From assembly GCA_947625895.1 (NCBI GenBank), contig CANQPZ010000003.1, forward strand, positions 1-57,591: a stretch of 57,591 nt of DNA, read 5' to 3'. Below, piece by piece: positions 9,463 through 21,578 of this stretch. A model generated the notes under the pieces. That model had not been told where the DNA came from. It was given only the letters and a program-made list of their open reading frames with translations, and searched no databases. Position numbers and translations under genes: made by a program. Numbering within the stretch: position 1 is the stretch's first letter; every line of letters begins with the position of its first letter. Origin of the DNA: an uncultured Clostridia bacterium (GTDB taxonomy: Bacteria > Bacillota > Clostridia > TANB77 > CAG-508).

Positions 9463-9933
9463 ATGAGTAGAGTTGATAAAATAAATTATTATTTAAATAT
9501 TGCAGAAAGTGTAGCAGAAAGAGGAACATGTTTAAGAAATAATTATGGAAGTATTATAGTAAAAAATGATGAAATAATATCAACTGGGTATACGGGAGCA
9601 CCTAGAGGAAGGAAAAATTGTTTAGACTTAGGATATTGCATGAAAAAAGACATGCCAAGTGGAAAAGGATATGACAAATGTAGATCTGTTCATAGTGAAC
9701 AAAATGCAATGCTTAGTGCAGCAAGAAAAGATATGATTGGAGCAACATTATATTTAGTAGGAATTAATAAAAGAGATAATGAATATGTAAAAGATAATTG
9801 GCCTTGCACATTTTGCAAAAGAATGATAATAAATGCTGGAATCAAAGATGTAATTATGAGAGACACTAAAACAGAATATCGCATTGAGCAGGTAAAAAAT
9901 TGGATTGAAAATGATGATTCTTTAGAATATTAA
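9463..9933 (+). CDS. dCMP deaminase / ComEB family
   Basis: HSEQNA and PCTFC zinc motifs. Confidence 0.85.
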   Translation: MSRVDKINYYLNIAESVAERGTCLRNNYGSIIVKNDEIISTGYTGAPRGRKNCLDLGYCMKKDMPSGKGYDKCRSVHSEQNAMLSAARKDMIGATLYLVGINKRDNEYVKDNWPCTFCKRMIINAGIKDVIMRDTKTEYRIEQVKNWIENDDSLEY

Positions 9934-9973
9934 TAGTATTTTTACTTACAAAAAATACTCGAAAGGAAGAAAA

Positions 9974-12157
9974 ATGGATAAAATTATTAAAATAATTGCG
10001 GAAGAATTAAACATTAAAGAGAAACAAGTAGAAGCAACAATAAAATTAATTGATGAAGGAAATACAATACCTTTTATTGCTAGATATAGAAAAGAAGTAA
10101 CAGGAGGACTTTCAGATGAGACATTAAGAGACTTAGGAGAAAGATTAAATTACTTAAGAAATCTAGAACAAAGAAAAGAAGAAGTAATTCATTCTATTGA
10201 TGAACAAGGAAAACTAACAGATGAAATATTGCAAGCTATTGCTATTGCAAAAACTTTAGCCGAAGTAGAAGATATTTATAGACCATATAAACAAAAAAAG
10301 AAAACAAGAGCAACCGTAGCGAAGGCAAAAGGATTAGAACCATTGGCAAAGATAATTATAGAACAAAAAGAAACAAAACCAATTGTAGAAATTGCAAAAG
10401 AATATATTAATATAGATAAACTATCAGAAGAAGATAAAAAGAATAAAGATAAAGTAGTAAGTAATGAAGAAGAAGCAATTCAAGGTGCTTTGGATATTAT
10501 TGCAGAAGATATTTCAGACAATAGTAAATATAGAAAAGAAATTAAAAGGCAGTGTTATAGAGAAGCATTAATACAGACAAAAGCGGCTAAAGACGAAGAA
10601 AAATCAAATTATGAAATGTATTATGATTATAGTGAAGCTATAAAATATATACCAAGCCATAGAATTTTAGCTATCAATAGAGGAGAAAAAGAGGAATTTT
10701 TAAAAGTTAAAATAGAAAAGCCTGAAGAAAAAATATTAGCTTATATAGAAAAAGATACAATAAAAGGTGAAACACAATTCACACAAATGTTAAAAGACAC
10801 TATTTTGGATAGTTTTAAAAGATTAATAGAACCTTCTATTGAAAGAGAAATAAGAGCAGATCTAACGGAAAAAGCAGAAGAAAAAGCAATTAAAGTATTT
10901 GGAAAAAATTCAAAACAATTACTTCTTGGTGCACCGATTAAAGGAAAAACAGTTATGGGATTTGACCCAGCATACCGTACAGGATGCAAAATAGCAGTTA
11001 TAGATGAAACAGGAAAAGTTTTAGATTATACAACAGTTTATCCAACAGAACCACAAAATGATATAGTAGGTGCTAAAAGAGAACTTTTAAAATTAATTGA
11101 AAAAGATGAAGTTGATATGATAGCAATTGGAAATGGAACAGCTTCTCGTGAATCTGAAATGTTTGTAGCAGATATGATAAAAGATACTACAAGGGATGTC
11201 CATTATGTAATTGTAAGTGAAGCGGGAGCTTCTGTGTATTCTGCATCAAAACTTGCAACAGAAGAATATCCAGATATAAATGTATCTATAAGAGGTGCAA
11301 TATCAATTGCAAGAAGATTACAAGATCCACTTGCAGAACTTGTGAAAATTGATCCAAAAGCAATTGGAGTAGGACAATATCAACATGATGTAAATCAAAA
11401 AAAATTAGCAGAAAGTTTAACTGGAGTTGTAGAAGATAGTGTTAATAAAGTAGGAGTAGATGTAAATACGGCTACACCATCACTTCTTTCTTATGTTTCA
11501 GGAATAAATAATACAATAGCTAAAAATATTGTAAAATATAGAGATGAAAATGGTAAATTAAAAAATAGAAAACAACTTCTAAAAGTACCAAAATTAGGGA
11601 AAGCAGCATTTGAACAATGTGCAGGATTCTTAAGAATATTTGATGGAGATAATCCATTAGAAGTAACAGCAGTGCATCCAGAAAGCTATGAAGCAACAGA
11701 AAAACTTTTAAAAGAACTAGGATTTGATAAAAACGATTTAAAGAATAAAGAAAAATTAGAAGAACTAAAAACTAAATTAAAATCTGTAAATGTAGAAACA
11801 ATGGCAAAACAGTTAGAAATAGGAGAAATGACATTAACAGATATAATTACAGAACTATCAAAACCAGGAAGAGATCCTCGTGAAGATATGCCAAAGCCAA
11901 TACTTCGTAGTGATGTCTTAAAATTAGAAGATTTAAAAGAAGGAATGGTATTAACAGGTACAGTTAGAAATGTAATAGATTTTGGAGCATTTGTAGATAT
12001 TGGTGTAAAGCATGATGGGTTAGTACATATCTCAGAAATGAGCGACAAATATATAAAAAATCCTTCTGAGGTAGTATCCGTAGGAGATATTGTAAAAGTA
12101 AAAGTAATCAAAATTGATAAAGAAAGGCAAAAAGTAGGACTTTCAATGAAAGTTTAA
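9974..12157 (+). CDS. tex: Tex family RNA-binding transcriptional accessory protein
   Basis: TIPFIARYRKE, DPAYRTGCK, SEAGASVYSAS; C-terminal S1 domain. Confidence 0.95.
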   Translation: MDKIIKIIAEELNIKEKQVEATIKLIDEGNTIPFIARYRKEVTGGLSDETLRDLGERLNYLRNLEQRKEEVIHSIDEQGKLTDEILQAIAIAKTLAEVEDIYRPYKQKKKTRATVAKAKGLEPLAKIIIEQKETKPIVEIAKEYINIDKLSEEDKKNKDKVVSNEEEAIQGALDIIAEDISDNSKYRKEIKRQCYREALIQTKAAKDEEKSNYEMYYDYSEAIKYIPSHRILAINRGEKEEFLKVKIEKPEEKILAYIEKDTIKGETQFTQMLKDTILDSFKRLIEPSIEREIRADLTEKAEEKAIKVFGKNSKQLLLGAPIKGKTVMGFDPAYRTGCKIAVIDETGKVLDYTTVYPTEPQNDIVGAKRELLKLIEKDEVDMIAIGNGTASRESEMFVADMIKDTTRDVHYVIVSEAGASVYSASKLATEEYPDINVSIRGAISIARRLQDPLAELVKIDPKAIGVGQYQHDVNQKKLAESLTGVVEDSVNKVGVDVNTATPSLLSYVSGINNTIAKNIVKYRDENGKLKNRKQLLKVPKLGKAAFEQCAGFLRIFDGDNPLEVTAVHPESYEATEKLLKELGFDKNDLKNKEKLEELKTKLKSVNVETMAKQLEIGEMTLTDIITELSKPGRDPREDMPKPILRSDVLKLEDLKEGMVLTGTVRNVIDFGAFVDIGVKHDGLVHISEMSDKYIKNPSEVVSVGDIVKVKVIKIDKERQKVGLSMKV

Positions 12158-12165
12158 TAAATCAT

Positions 12166-12203
12166 AAAAGGGGACGGAATTTTTTGACAACACCGTCCCC
12201 TTT
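12166..12203. terminator. Terminator between convergent genes
   Basis: AAAGGGGACGG...CCGTCCCCTTT. Confidence 0.75.
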
Positions 12204-12212
12204 GACAATTTT

Positions 12213-13253
12213 TTATTTGTATTTATTTTGAATTTCCTGAATTTCATCTAAATGATTATGCAAAATATCCAAAAACAAATCTACCAATTCTGGATCAAAT
12301 TGAGTACCTTTACATCTTTCAAATTCTTCAATAACATTCTCTAAAGACATAGAGTCACGATAAGTTCTTCTTGAAGTCATAGCATCGAAACTGTCTGCGA
12401 TGGCAGTAATCCTTGCTAAATAAGGAATATCATTACCTTTTAATTGACTAGGATAGCCATGACCATCAAACCTCTCGTGATGATGTTTTACAATAGGAAT
12501 AACATTTTTAAAAATAGTTGCTGTTGACAAAATATGAGCTCCAATAGAAGGGTGATTTTTAATTTCTGAATATTCATCATCAGTTAATTTTGAATCCTTT
12601 AATAAAATGCTATCTGGAACACCTATTTTTCCAATGTCATGGAATAAACCACCAATTTTTAAAGTCTTCAAATCATCATTAGATAATCCAAGATGTTTAC
12701 CAATTAAAACAGAATACTCGGAAACTCTATCAGAATGACCTCTAGTATATGCATCTTTTGCTTCAACAGTATATCTTAAAGTTTCAATACTTTCTAAATA
12801 AGCATTTTCTAATTCTCTATTAATTGCTTTAATTTCATTCATTTGAGAAATAGACTTTATTCCAGACTCAATTAAAAGTAACAACTGATCAAATTTATCA
12901 CTTTTTTCACAATAACCTTGAATATCAAGTCTCCTAATAGTCTCTAAAGGTGGAGCCAAATCTTTATGACCAGTTAATAATAAAATATATAATTCCTTAT
13001 TAAATTCTCTTATTTTCTCAACGACTTGATCACCATGAATAGGAGTCATAATAAAATCCAAAATCATTAAGTCAAAATGATCATTTTTAACCTTTTCGAT
13101 TGCTTCTAATGGATTTGTAACTCCAATAAATTCATATCCAGATCTTTTTAAGAAAATAGATAATGAATCAATGATTCCCTCTTCGTCATCTACAGCTATA
13201 ATTCTATAATTTTTATTTTCAACATTTTCTGAATTTTGTAATCCTTTTCTCAT
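12213..13253 (-). CDS. Response regulator with an HD-GYP phosphodiesterase domain
   Basis: REC domain (VDDE, LDFIM); HSDRV, HDIGK, HHERFDGHGYP. Confidence 0.9.
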   Translation of the reverse strand: MRKGLQNSENVENKNYRIIAVDDEEGIIDSLSIFLKRSGYEFIGVTNPLEAIEKVKNDHFDLMILDFIMTPIHGDQVVEKIREFNKELYILLLTGHKDLAPPLETIRRLDIQGYCEKSDKFDQLLLLIESGIKSISQMNEIKAINRELENAYLESIETLRYTVEAKDAYTRGHSDRVSEYSVLIGKHLGLSNDDLKTLKIGGLFHDIGKIGVPDSILLKDSKLTDDEYSEIKNHPSIGAHILSTATIFKNVIPIVKHHHERFDGHGYPSQLKGNDIPYLARITAIADSFDAMTSRRTYRDSMSLENVIEEFERCKGTQFDPELVDLFLDILHNHLDEIQEIQNKYK

Positions 13254-13326
13254 ATTATAACCTCATTACTAATAAATTAACTATTTTCCACATTATATTA
13301 ATAAAAAGTGGAAAAATCAAGAGTTT

Positions 13327-15348
13327 CTATAAAAAATGAAGTGGCAATATTATTTTAAAAGTAGTACCTTTATCTGTTTCTGAATCTACAGTAATATTTC
13401 CTTTAAAATGAGCTCGAATAGTTGAGTATGACATGTATAATCCAAGACCAGTTCCATTTTTTCCTTTTGTTGTAATCATTTCTTTAAATAACTTGTCTTT
13501 TACCTTATTTGGTAAACCAGGTCCATAATCTCTAACTGAAATAATTAAATTATTTCCCTCTTTTTCAACAATTAAATCTATTGTTTCATCCGTTTTTCCA
13601 TTATAAGCCTGAATAGAGTTAGATATCATGTTATTAATAACTTGTATTAAACTATTAATGTCACCATGGATAACAGTATTTTCATCAGTTTTTAAAGATA
13701 TATTTAAATAGATAATAGCATTTTTTAATTCATGCTTCATTAAAATATCAACTCTTTTTAAAACTTCTCCGATTGTAAAAGAAATTTCTTCTTGATTTGA
13801 CATAGTAACAGCCTGACCTTTTACGGCAGTAATAACATCAGACATATATTCAGTATGTGTTTTGATTTTAGCAATCCAATCTGACATATCATGTGCAATA
13901 TCATGATGATCTTTACTATTTACTTCTGGATCATCAATAGAAGAATCATATTCTTTTATTAAATCAGATAAACCTTCAGCAGCACCAGAAATAGACATAA
14001 TAGGAGTTTTTAGGTTATGGGCAATACCACCAATTAACTGACCAAGAGAAGCTAAACGCTCTCTTTCCATTAAAGTCTGTTGATTATCATGAATTTGTGA
14101 AATATTTTTCTTAGTTAAATCTTGAATTTTATTAAAAGCAACAGTTAGTTCACCTAATTCATCGTTAGAAACTATTGGTATTTTATTAAATTCACTATTA
14201 TTTTTTGTGTTTATATCATTAAGACCATTAACTATAATCTTAACTTGATTTGAAAGAGAAGATGAATAGTACCAAACTAAGAAAGATATTATACCAAATA
14301 AAACAACAAAAGTAGTTATAATATAAACTAATGCATCTTCACCAGCTATAGGGAAACGAACGCCCACAATATAATCTTCACCATTAACAGAAATATGTTT
14401 AATATATCCTTGAGTATTTACTGCATAATGCTCATAAACCCTGCCATCATATTTATCTGATAATTCAAATATATATTTTCTAAAAAAGTCAGTTAAAGGT
14501 ATTCCATCAGAAGTAGATATATTTTTATTAGAATCAATTACAAAATAAGTATGAGTGCCATCTATATAATCTAAATGACTTAAAGTATCCATTAACTCAT
14601 TGCTATCATGATATATATTGTTATCAAAATTATACTTTAATTCATTTTTATAATAATAATAAAAATCGTCTCCTCTTACATTAACTAATCGAGAATAAGC
14701 AACAATAACTGTAAAAAATAGACCTGCAATTAATAATGGTAATAACAATAAAATCATATCATTTGATAGTTTAGTAGATTTTTTTCCTGACAAACGATTT
14801 TCTTTAAAAGTTGAAATAAGGATAGGCTTAAATAAGTTCTTAGAAAATACATATGAGATAGTAGCATTAAAAGTTAAAATGGAAACCCATAAAATAGCTA
14901 CTGTTATGCCAGAAGACTCCAATTCATGTTTTACAATTGGCATACCAAGTCCAATTGTAATGGCAATAAAAGGTATAATAATTTGTAATAAATAAAACTT
15001 AGTAGGAGCAGTTAATAATGTTTTTCTTATTTCCTCAACAGAATATTTGGAATTACTAGGTCCATTTTTTTCAAAGTTTGCAATTTTTTTAAATAAGAAA
15101 AATCGTTGATAAAGCACAAACAAAGAGACAACTATAATATATAGCAATATAAATTGAGATGTATAAGAAAGACCTCCATATTCAATTTGAAATTGAGTAT
15201 CAACTGTTCCAGGTGGATAGTTTAAAATCCTATGCATGAATGGATATAATACCCAAGCACAGACAGATAAAGTTATAACATAAGATAAAATAACTTTTTG
15301 GTATGCATATAAATGTAATCCTTTTTTGTTTTTCTTTTGAGTTTCCAT
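13327..15348 (-). CDS. Multi-TM sensor histidine kinase
   Basis: About 6 TM helices, HAMP (DELGEL), IAHNLKTP H-box, NSIQA, DYGPG, GTGLGL. Confidence 0.92.
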   Translation of the reverse strand: METQKKNKKGLHLYAYQKVILSYVITLSVCAWVLYPFMHRILNYPPGTVDTQFQIEYGGLSYTSQFILLYIIVVSLFVLYQRFFLFKKIANFEKNGPSNSKYSVEEIRKTLLTAPTKFYLLQIIIPFIAITIGLGMPIVKHELESSGITVAILWVSILTFNATISYVFSKNLFKPILISTFKENRLSGKKSTKLSNDMILLLLPLLIAGLFFTVIVAYSRLVNVRGDDFYYYYKNELKYNFDNNIYHDSNELMDTLSHLDYIDGTHTYFVIDSNKNISTSDGIPLTDFFRKYIFELSDKYDGRVYEHYAVNTQGYIKHISVNGEDYIVGVRFPIAGEDALVYIITTFVVLFGIISFLVWYYSSSLSNQVKIIVNGLNDINTKNNSEFNKIPIVSNDELGELTVAFNKIQDLTKKNISQIHDNQQTLMERERLASLGQLIGGIAHNLKTPIMSISGAAEGLSDLIKEYDSSIDDPEVNSKDHHDIAHDMSDWIAKIKTHTEYMSDVITAVKGQAVTMSNQEEISFTIGEVLKRVDILMKHELKNAIIYLNISLKTDENTVIHGDINSLIQVINNMISNSIQAYNGKTDETIDLIVEKEGNNLIISVRDYGPGLPNKVKDKLFKEMITTKGKNGTGLGLYMSYSTIRAHFKGNITVDSETDKGTTFKIILPLHFL

Positions 15349-15363
15349 TATTTAAATCCTCCC

Positions 15364-18300
15364 TTATATAAAGTGAATATTTGAACAGTATTCTATAATT
15401 TTCTGTAAATATTTCAAATCTATTTTATGATAATGAAAATTAATATTATCTAAATATTTTAAAGTAATATTACATTGATTTTTTATATTTAGATAAGAAA
15501 TATTTGTATGTAAATTATAGTCATTTATTATCAAAGAATTTGAATCTAAATCTGTTTTTATAAGTTTTTTATAAAAATCCGAATCTTTCAATATCTTGAT
15601 TTGGTAATTTAAAAGATTTAATTTATCAATTAAAGTTTGCATAGTAAATTTCTTAGGATTCATCATGTGAAAAATTTTATTCTGATTTCCATAATGATAA
15701 ATTATACTAGTGATAGCCATTGCTATATCATCAACAGGTGATAAATCAAATTCTTGCAAAGTACTACTTTCATAAAAATATTTATTTTTTAATATAAATT
15801 GTAATTTATTATAAAATGCATTACTGTCAATATTATATTGAAAAAATCCATCTCTGTATCTACCAGTTAAATTACCTACACGAAAAATATTAGCTTTTAA
15901 CAAACCTTGTTTCATATTTTGAAGTAAATAATCTTCTGCTAATAATTTACTTTTTATGTAGTAATTTTCTTGATAATTTTGCCCAATAAAGAAATTTTCT
16001 TCTGTAAAATTAACACATTCAGAAGTATTGGTTAAAGGCATAAAGTCACATGATATACTAGTAGTAGATATATGATTTAAGCAAATATCATATTTCATGC
16101 AGAAATCAGCAATATTTTTAGAACCATCTAAATTTGTTTTTTTAAATTCATCATATTTTCCAATGTGCTTTACTAAAGCGGCCGAATGAATTACACAATC
16201 AATAGTATGGCCTAATTTGTCTAAAACATCCTCGGCTAAATCTAAATTCTTATATTTAATATCACCTATAACTATTTCAATTTTATCAAATATAAAATCA
16301 TCTGTATACTTATCTTGAAAATAAAATTTAAATATACTCGAAATTCTATTTTTTGCATTTTCAATGTTAGAAGCTCGTACTAAACAAAATATTTTAGCAT
16401 TAGTGTTAAATAAAGCTTCAAGAATATGAACACCTAAAAATCCAGTACATCCAGTTAATAAGATATTTTTAGAATGTCGTTTTCTTATTTTTATATTATC
16501 TAAATTATGCTTTAAAAATGAATAATTATCATTAATAAAAGATGAGTCACCTGATGCAGAAATCTGTTCTAAAGCAAAACATAAATCTTTTACAGTAGAA
16601 TAATCATAAAAATATCGTGTTGGGACAGATATTCCTAAATTAGATAATTGAGATTGTATTTTAATAATAGATAAAGAATCCATTCCAAGATTATTAAAAT
16701 CCTCATCAATACTAATTCTTTTTATATATAAACATTTTTCTAAAGCATGGCAGATATTCTTTTGTAAATCATTTTCTGGTTTTACATATTTTTTATTTTT
16801 ATAAAAATTGAAAGGAGAAGGCAAGCTTTTCTTATCAATTTTTCCATTTATCGTCAGAGGCAAATCAGAAATTGGAATAAAATGAGAAGGAATCATATAA
16901 TTAGGTAACTTATTTGCCAAAAATATTTTTAGTTCATAGCTTTGTATAGTAAAATCAGAAATATAATATGCACACAAAATATCTCTATCATTGTAATTAT
17001 AATTAATTATTGTACAGCCCTTAATAAATGGGTGAGTATTTAAAGTACGCTCAATTTCATTAAGTTCAATTCTATAACCTCTAATCTTTACTTGAGAATC
17101 ATTTCTTCCATAAAAGACTAATTCTCCTTGATTGGTCCAACTAACTATATCTCCAGATTTATACATTGTTAATTTTGGATGGTAAATATCTTTAATAAAA
17201 TTTTTTGCAGTCAAATCAGGATTGTTATAATATCCATTTGATACACCATCACCAGAGATATAAAGTTCTCCTTTTATGCCAGGAGGACAAAGTTTTAAAT
17301 TTTTATCCAAAACATAAAATCTAACATTAGACAAAGGCTTACCAATAGTAATAAATTTAGTATTTTTATCTAATCGTTTGCAACAACAACCAATTGTAGT
17401 TTCAGTTGGACCATACATATTATAAAGACGAGCAGAAGTAATTTGTTGTAAATTTTTCACAAAAGATAAACTAAATGATTCACCGCCAATTCCAATATCA
17501 GTAAGAGAAGAAAAATTATGTTTATCATTTGCAGAAGAGATTAAAGATTGAATTTTACTAGGAGTACCATATAAAATATTTACATTATAATTTGTAATCA
17601 AATCATTTAATTTTGAAAAATCATTTTGCTCTTCACCGTGTAGATAATATTAAAGTCAATCCATTTAAAAGTGTAACCCATAATTCATAACCAAAAACAT
17701 CGAATGAAATTGAAGCCATAGAAAGAACTACTTTATCACAAGAATAATCAATTATCTGAGAAATTCCTAATAAATAGTTATAAAAATTTCTATGTGTTAT
17801 AGTAACTGCTTTTGGCATTCCTGTAGAACCTGATGTATAAAGTAAATACATAGGATTTTTTGACAATATTCTTGGCTTTTGATAACTAGCCCTAGTTTTA
17901 AAATTAGAATTTAAATCCCAAGTAATTTTATTTTTTATATCCAAATTGAGATTAGAAATAACATATTCTGAATTTGAACTTTCAATCATATATTTTTGTC
18001 TATCTTCTGGGTGTAAAGGATCTATTAAAACATATGTACATCCACATTTAATAATAGATAATATTGCAACAATCAAATCAACTGAGCGCTCAAGAATTAC
18101 AGAAATATTGTGACCACTTTTTATATGATATTTTTTTTGTAAATAAGCAGCTAATTGAGTAGATAATTCATCTAATTCCTGAAAAGAAAATTTGGTATTA
18201 TTGCAAATAAGAGCAACTTTATTAGGATGTAAAGATATTTGCTTTTTCCACAAGTCTAATATGGTATTCTTAGAATTATAATAAACTTCAGTTTGATTGA

Positions 18301-19636
18301 ATTTATATAGAATCGTATCTTTTTCTTCTTGTGTTGCAAGTTCAATATCTTTAATTAAAATATTTGGATTTTGAATAACTTGTGCACAAATATACAATAA
18401 TCGATTATGAATATCTTTAATTTGAGAAGGCTCATAAATTTTACTTTGATAGTCGTACATAAATGAAAAACAGTTAGTATTATCCAAGTCATATATATGT
18501 AATAACAATGGAATAGCGGAATAACCACTAAAAAACCATTCACAATCGTAATTAACATTATTTTCATCATGATTAGTTCGGGCGTTTTGATAAGAAACAG
18601 CTGTATCATAAATATTTTCTTTTAATTGAAATTTATTTTTAACTTGTGCAATCAAATCTTGAAAAGGATATTTTTGATGCCTCAAATAAGAAAATTGTGA
18701 TTTAGATAAAGAAACAACTGCATCATTAAAAGATAAAGAATCTTCAATATCTAACTTATATAATATATTATTTACAAAAAGACCAAATGTATTTTTATCA
18801 TTTTTACCAACTCTATTTAAAATAGGAGTGGACATAACAATATGATTAGACTTTTTTACTTTACTTTCGTAAATTGCCATAACAAACAATATAAAAGTAA
18901 AAGGAGATATTTTTAACTGTTTGCAAAAAGATACTATTTTTGAAGTCATTTTTTTTGAAAGCTTAAATTCACTTCGATTAGCTTCGTAATCAAAAGAAGA
19001 AATAGAATTATGAGATTTTAAATCCTCAAAAATGTTTTGTTCAAATACATTATTCCAAAAAATTTCATCTTGTTTAAATTTAGGACTATTTAAATAATTT
19101 AAATCATCGTTAATGAAATTTGAATATGGAAATTGATTACTATAATCAAATGATAAAGGCTGTTTTTTAATAAGTTTGGAATAAATTGAAATAACAGAAC
19201 TAACAAGTATTCCCATTGACCAAGCATCAGAAATTATATGATGAACACAGATAAAGAAACCACCTGTTAAATCTTCTTCATTTTCAAATGTTGAAAAATA
19301 GTAAAGAGGAGAATCATATAGAGGAAAACATTTTCTAGAAATAAAATTATATATTTCTTCTTTATTTTTAGAATTTAGTTTGAAATGTTTTATATAAAAA
19401 TTTTCATACTCTTGTTCATATTGTCTTACGCAGTCTTGATCTAGATGCATTTGATATCTAATATTATTAGTATTTTGTACAAAAAGATGAATAGCTTTTT
19501 TTAATAATGAAAAATCAACCTTATCACGAATTGTAACTATACCAGAAATAGTATTCATACTAGTATTTGGATAAAATTGTTCCATGTTTATTATTGCCTT
19601 TTGCGGACAAGTTAAATTAAAAAGCTTGTGTTTCAT
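15364..19636 (-). CDS. Single-module NRPS (C-A-T-R) with a +1 frameshift at CGG (17636-17638)
   Basis: C: HHIISDA; A: YTSGSTGMPK, FDVFG, NMYGPTE, YKSGD; T: LGMDSL; reductase: TGCTGFLG, YIKSK. LILST-CGG-TGA continues as GEEQNDF...LITNYNV in the +1 frame; about 1423 aa. Confidence 0.88.
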
Positions 19637-19835
19637 TAAAATCACCTTTTTCTTACAAATTGTCATAAAATCTATAATTTAAAATATTTTTAAGTTTAAC
19701 TTGTAACAATTATATAAATATATTAATAAAAAATCAAGGAATATGTTGAAAAAAAAAGAATCTTAAGATAAAATAAGTTAAAATAAAAGCATATTAAATT
19801 TTTATGCAAACTTATTCCGAGAGGAAGGATGTTAA

Positions 19836-21524
19836 ATGTTAAAAAATGAGCTAGTACAAGATTTTAGACAATTAATGAATATTGCAGAAAGAGGAAATCC
19901 AGATCATATTGTATATAAATTCAAAAAAAATGTAGAGATTAAATATAAAGATTTTAAAGAAGATATTAAAGCAATGTCTACGGCTTTACTAAATTTAAAA
20001 TTAGAAAACCAAAAAATCATTTTAATAGGTAGTAATAGATATGAATGGTGTGTAAGTTATTTAGCAATCACAACAGGTAATATGTGTGTTGTACCATTAG
20101 ATAGGGCTTTACCAGACGCTGAATTAGAAAGATTAATAAAAAGAAGTGATGCAACTGCAATAATTTTTGAAAATAAACATAAAGAATTTATGGAAAAGAT
20201 ATTAAATGAAAAAAATAGTACAATAAAAACCGCAATTAACATGGATTCAAAAGAATTCAATGAACTATTGAAAGTAGGAAAAGAATTAATAGAAATGGGA
20301 AATAAGCAATATGATGAGATGACTATTAATAATAAAAAAATGTCAATAATGTTATTTACATCAGGAACAACAAGTGAACCCAAAGCAGTTATGCTATCAC
20401 AGTATAATATATGTTCAAATATTACGGCAATAGGCAGATATGTAAAATTATATCCGCAAGACACCCTATTATCATTTTTACCAATACATCATACATTTGA
20501 ATGTACTATTACCTTTTTATTTGGACTTTATTGGGGTTCAACAGTTGCGTTTTGTGATGGATTAAAATATATACAAAAAAATTTACAAGAATATAAAGTA
20601 TCTGTATTTGTTGCAGTACCACTTGTTTTAGAAACGATGTATAAAAAAATTCAAAAAGGAATAGAAGATAAAGGGAAAACAAAATTAATAAATGTAATAT
20701 CAAAAATATCTAACATATTATTGAAATGCAAAATAGATTTAAGAAGAAGCTTATTTAAAGAAGTATTAAATAACTTTGGCGGAAATTTAAGAGTAGTACT
20801 ATATGGTGCAGCACCTATGGATAAAGAAACAATCATTGGATATAATAACTTAGGAATAGACTTAATACAAGGTTATGGATTAACAGAAACATCTCCTGTT
20901 ATTTCAGCAGAAACAGATAAAAAGAAGAGACCTGGTTCAGTAGGACTTGTTCTAGATAACTTGGAAGTTAAAATAGGAAATCCAAATGAAGAAGGAATTG
21001 GGGAGATTATGGTAAAAGGTCCTAGTGTCATGATAGGATATTATCATAATGAAAAAGAAACCAATAAAGTATTAAAAGATGGATGGTTTAATACAGGAGA
21101 CTATGGCTACTTAGATAAAGATAAATTTTTATATATAACAGGTAGAAAAAAAGATATAATTGTATTGAAAAATGGAAAGAATGTCTATCCTCAAGAAATA
21201 GAATTCATAATTAATAAAATTCCATATGTAACAGAAAGTATTGTATATCAAAGAGAAGAGAGCAAAACAGACACAATGCTATGTGCAAAAATTGTATATG
21301 ACAATGATTTAATAAAACAATATTTAGGAGAAAAATCAGTAGAAGAATATGAAAACATTATTTGGAATGAAATAAAAAATATAAATAAAAACTTACCAAT
21401 ATATAAGCATATAAAGAAAATAATTATTACTGATGTTCCATTAATAAAAACGACAACACAAAAAGTAAAAAGATATGAAGAATTAAAAAACGAAAATGAA
21501 AAACCAAAAGCATCTCAAAAATAA
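19836..21524 (+). CDS. AMP-dependent long-chain acyl-CoA synthetase
   Basis: FTSGTTSEPK, QGYGLTE, WFNTGD, GRKKD. Confidence 0.88.
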   Translation: MLKNELVQDFRQLMNIAERGNPDHIVYKFKKNVEIKYKDFKEDIKAMSTALLNLKLENQKIILIGSNRYEWCVSYLAITTGNMCVVPLDRALPDAELERLIKRSDATAIIFENKHKEFMEKILNEKNSTIKTAINMDSKEFNELLKVGKELIEMGNKQYDEMTINNKKMSIMLFTSGTTSEPKAVMLSQYNICSNITAIGRYVKLYPQDTLLSFLPIHHTFECTITFLFGLYWGSTVAFCDGLKYIQKNLQEYKVSVFVAVPLVLETMYKKIQKGIEDKGKTKLINVISKISNILLKCKIDLRRSLFKEVLNNFGGNLRVVLYGAAPMDKETIIGYNNLGIDLIQGYGLTETSPVISAETDKKKRPGSVGLVLDNLEVKIGNPNEEGIGEIMVKGPSVMIGYYHNEKETNKVLKDGWFNTGDYGYLDKDKFLYITGRKKDIIVLKNGKNVYPQEIEFIINKIPYVTESIVYQREESKTDTMLCAKIVYDNDLIKQYLGEKSVEEYENIIWNEIKNINKNLPIYKHIKKIIITDVPLIKTTTQKVKRYEELKNENEKPKASQK

Positions 21525-21540
21525 AAAGTACAAAAAAGTA

Positions 21541-21570
21541 GTGTAAAAAAAATAAATTTTGGAAACACTA
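21541..21570 (+). promoter_or_regulatory. Possible SigF-type promoter
   Basis: GTGTA-15-GGAAACACTA resembles the SigF consensus. Confidence 0.45.
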
Positions 21571-21578
21571 TTTTAGAG

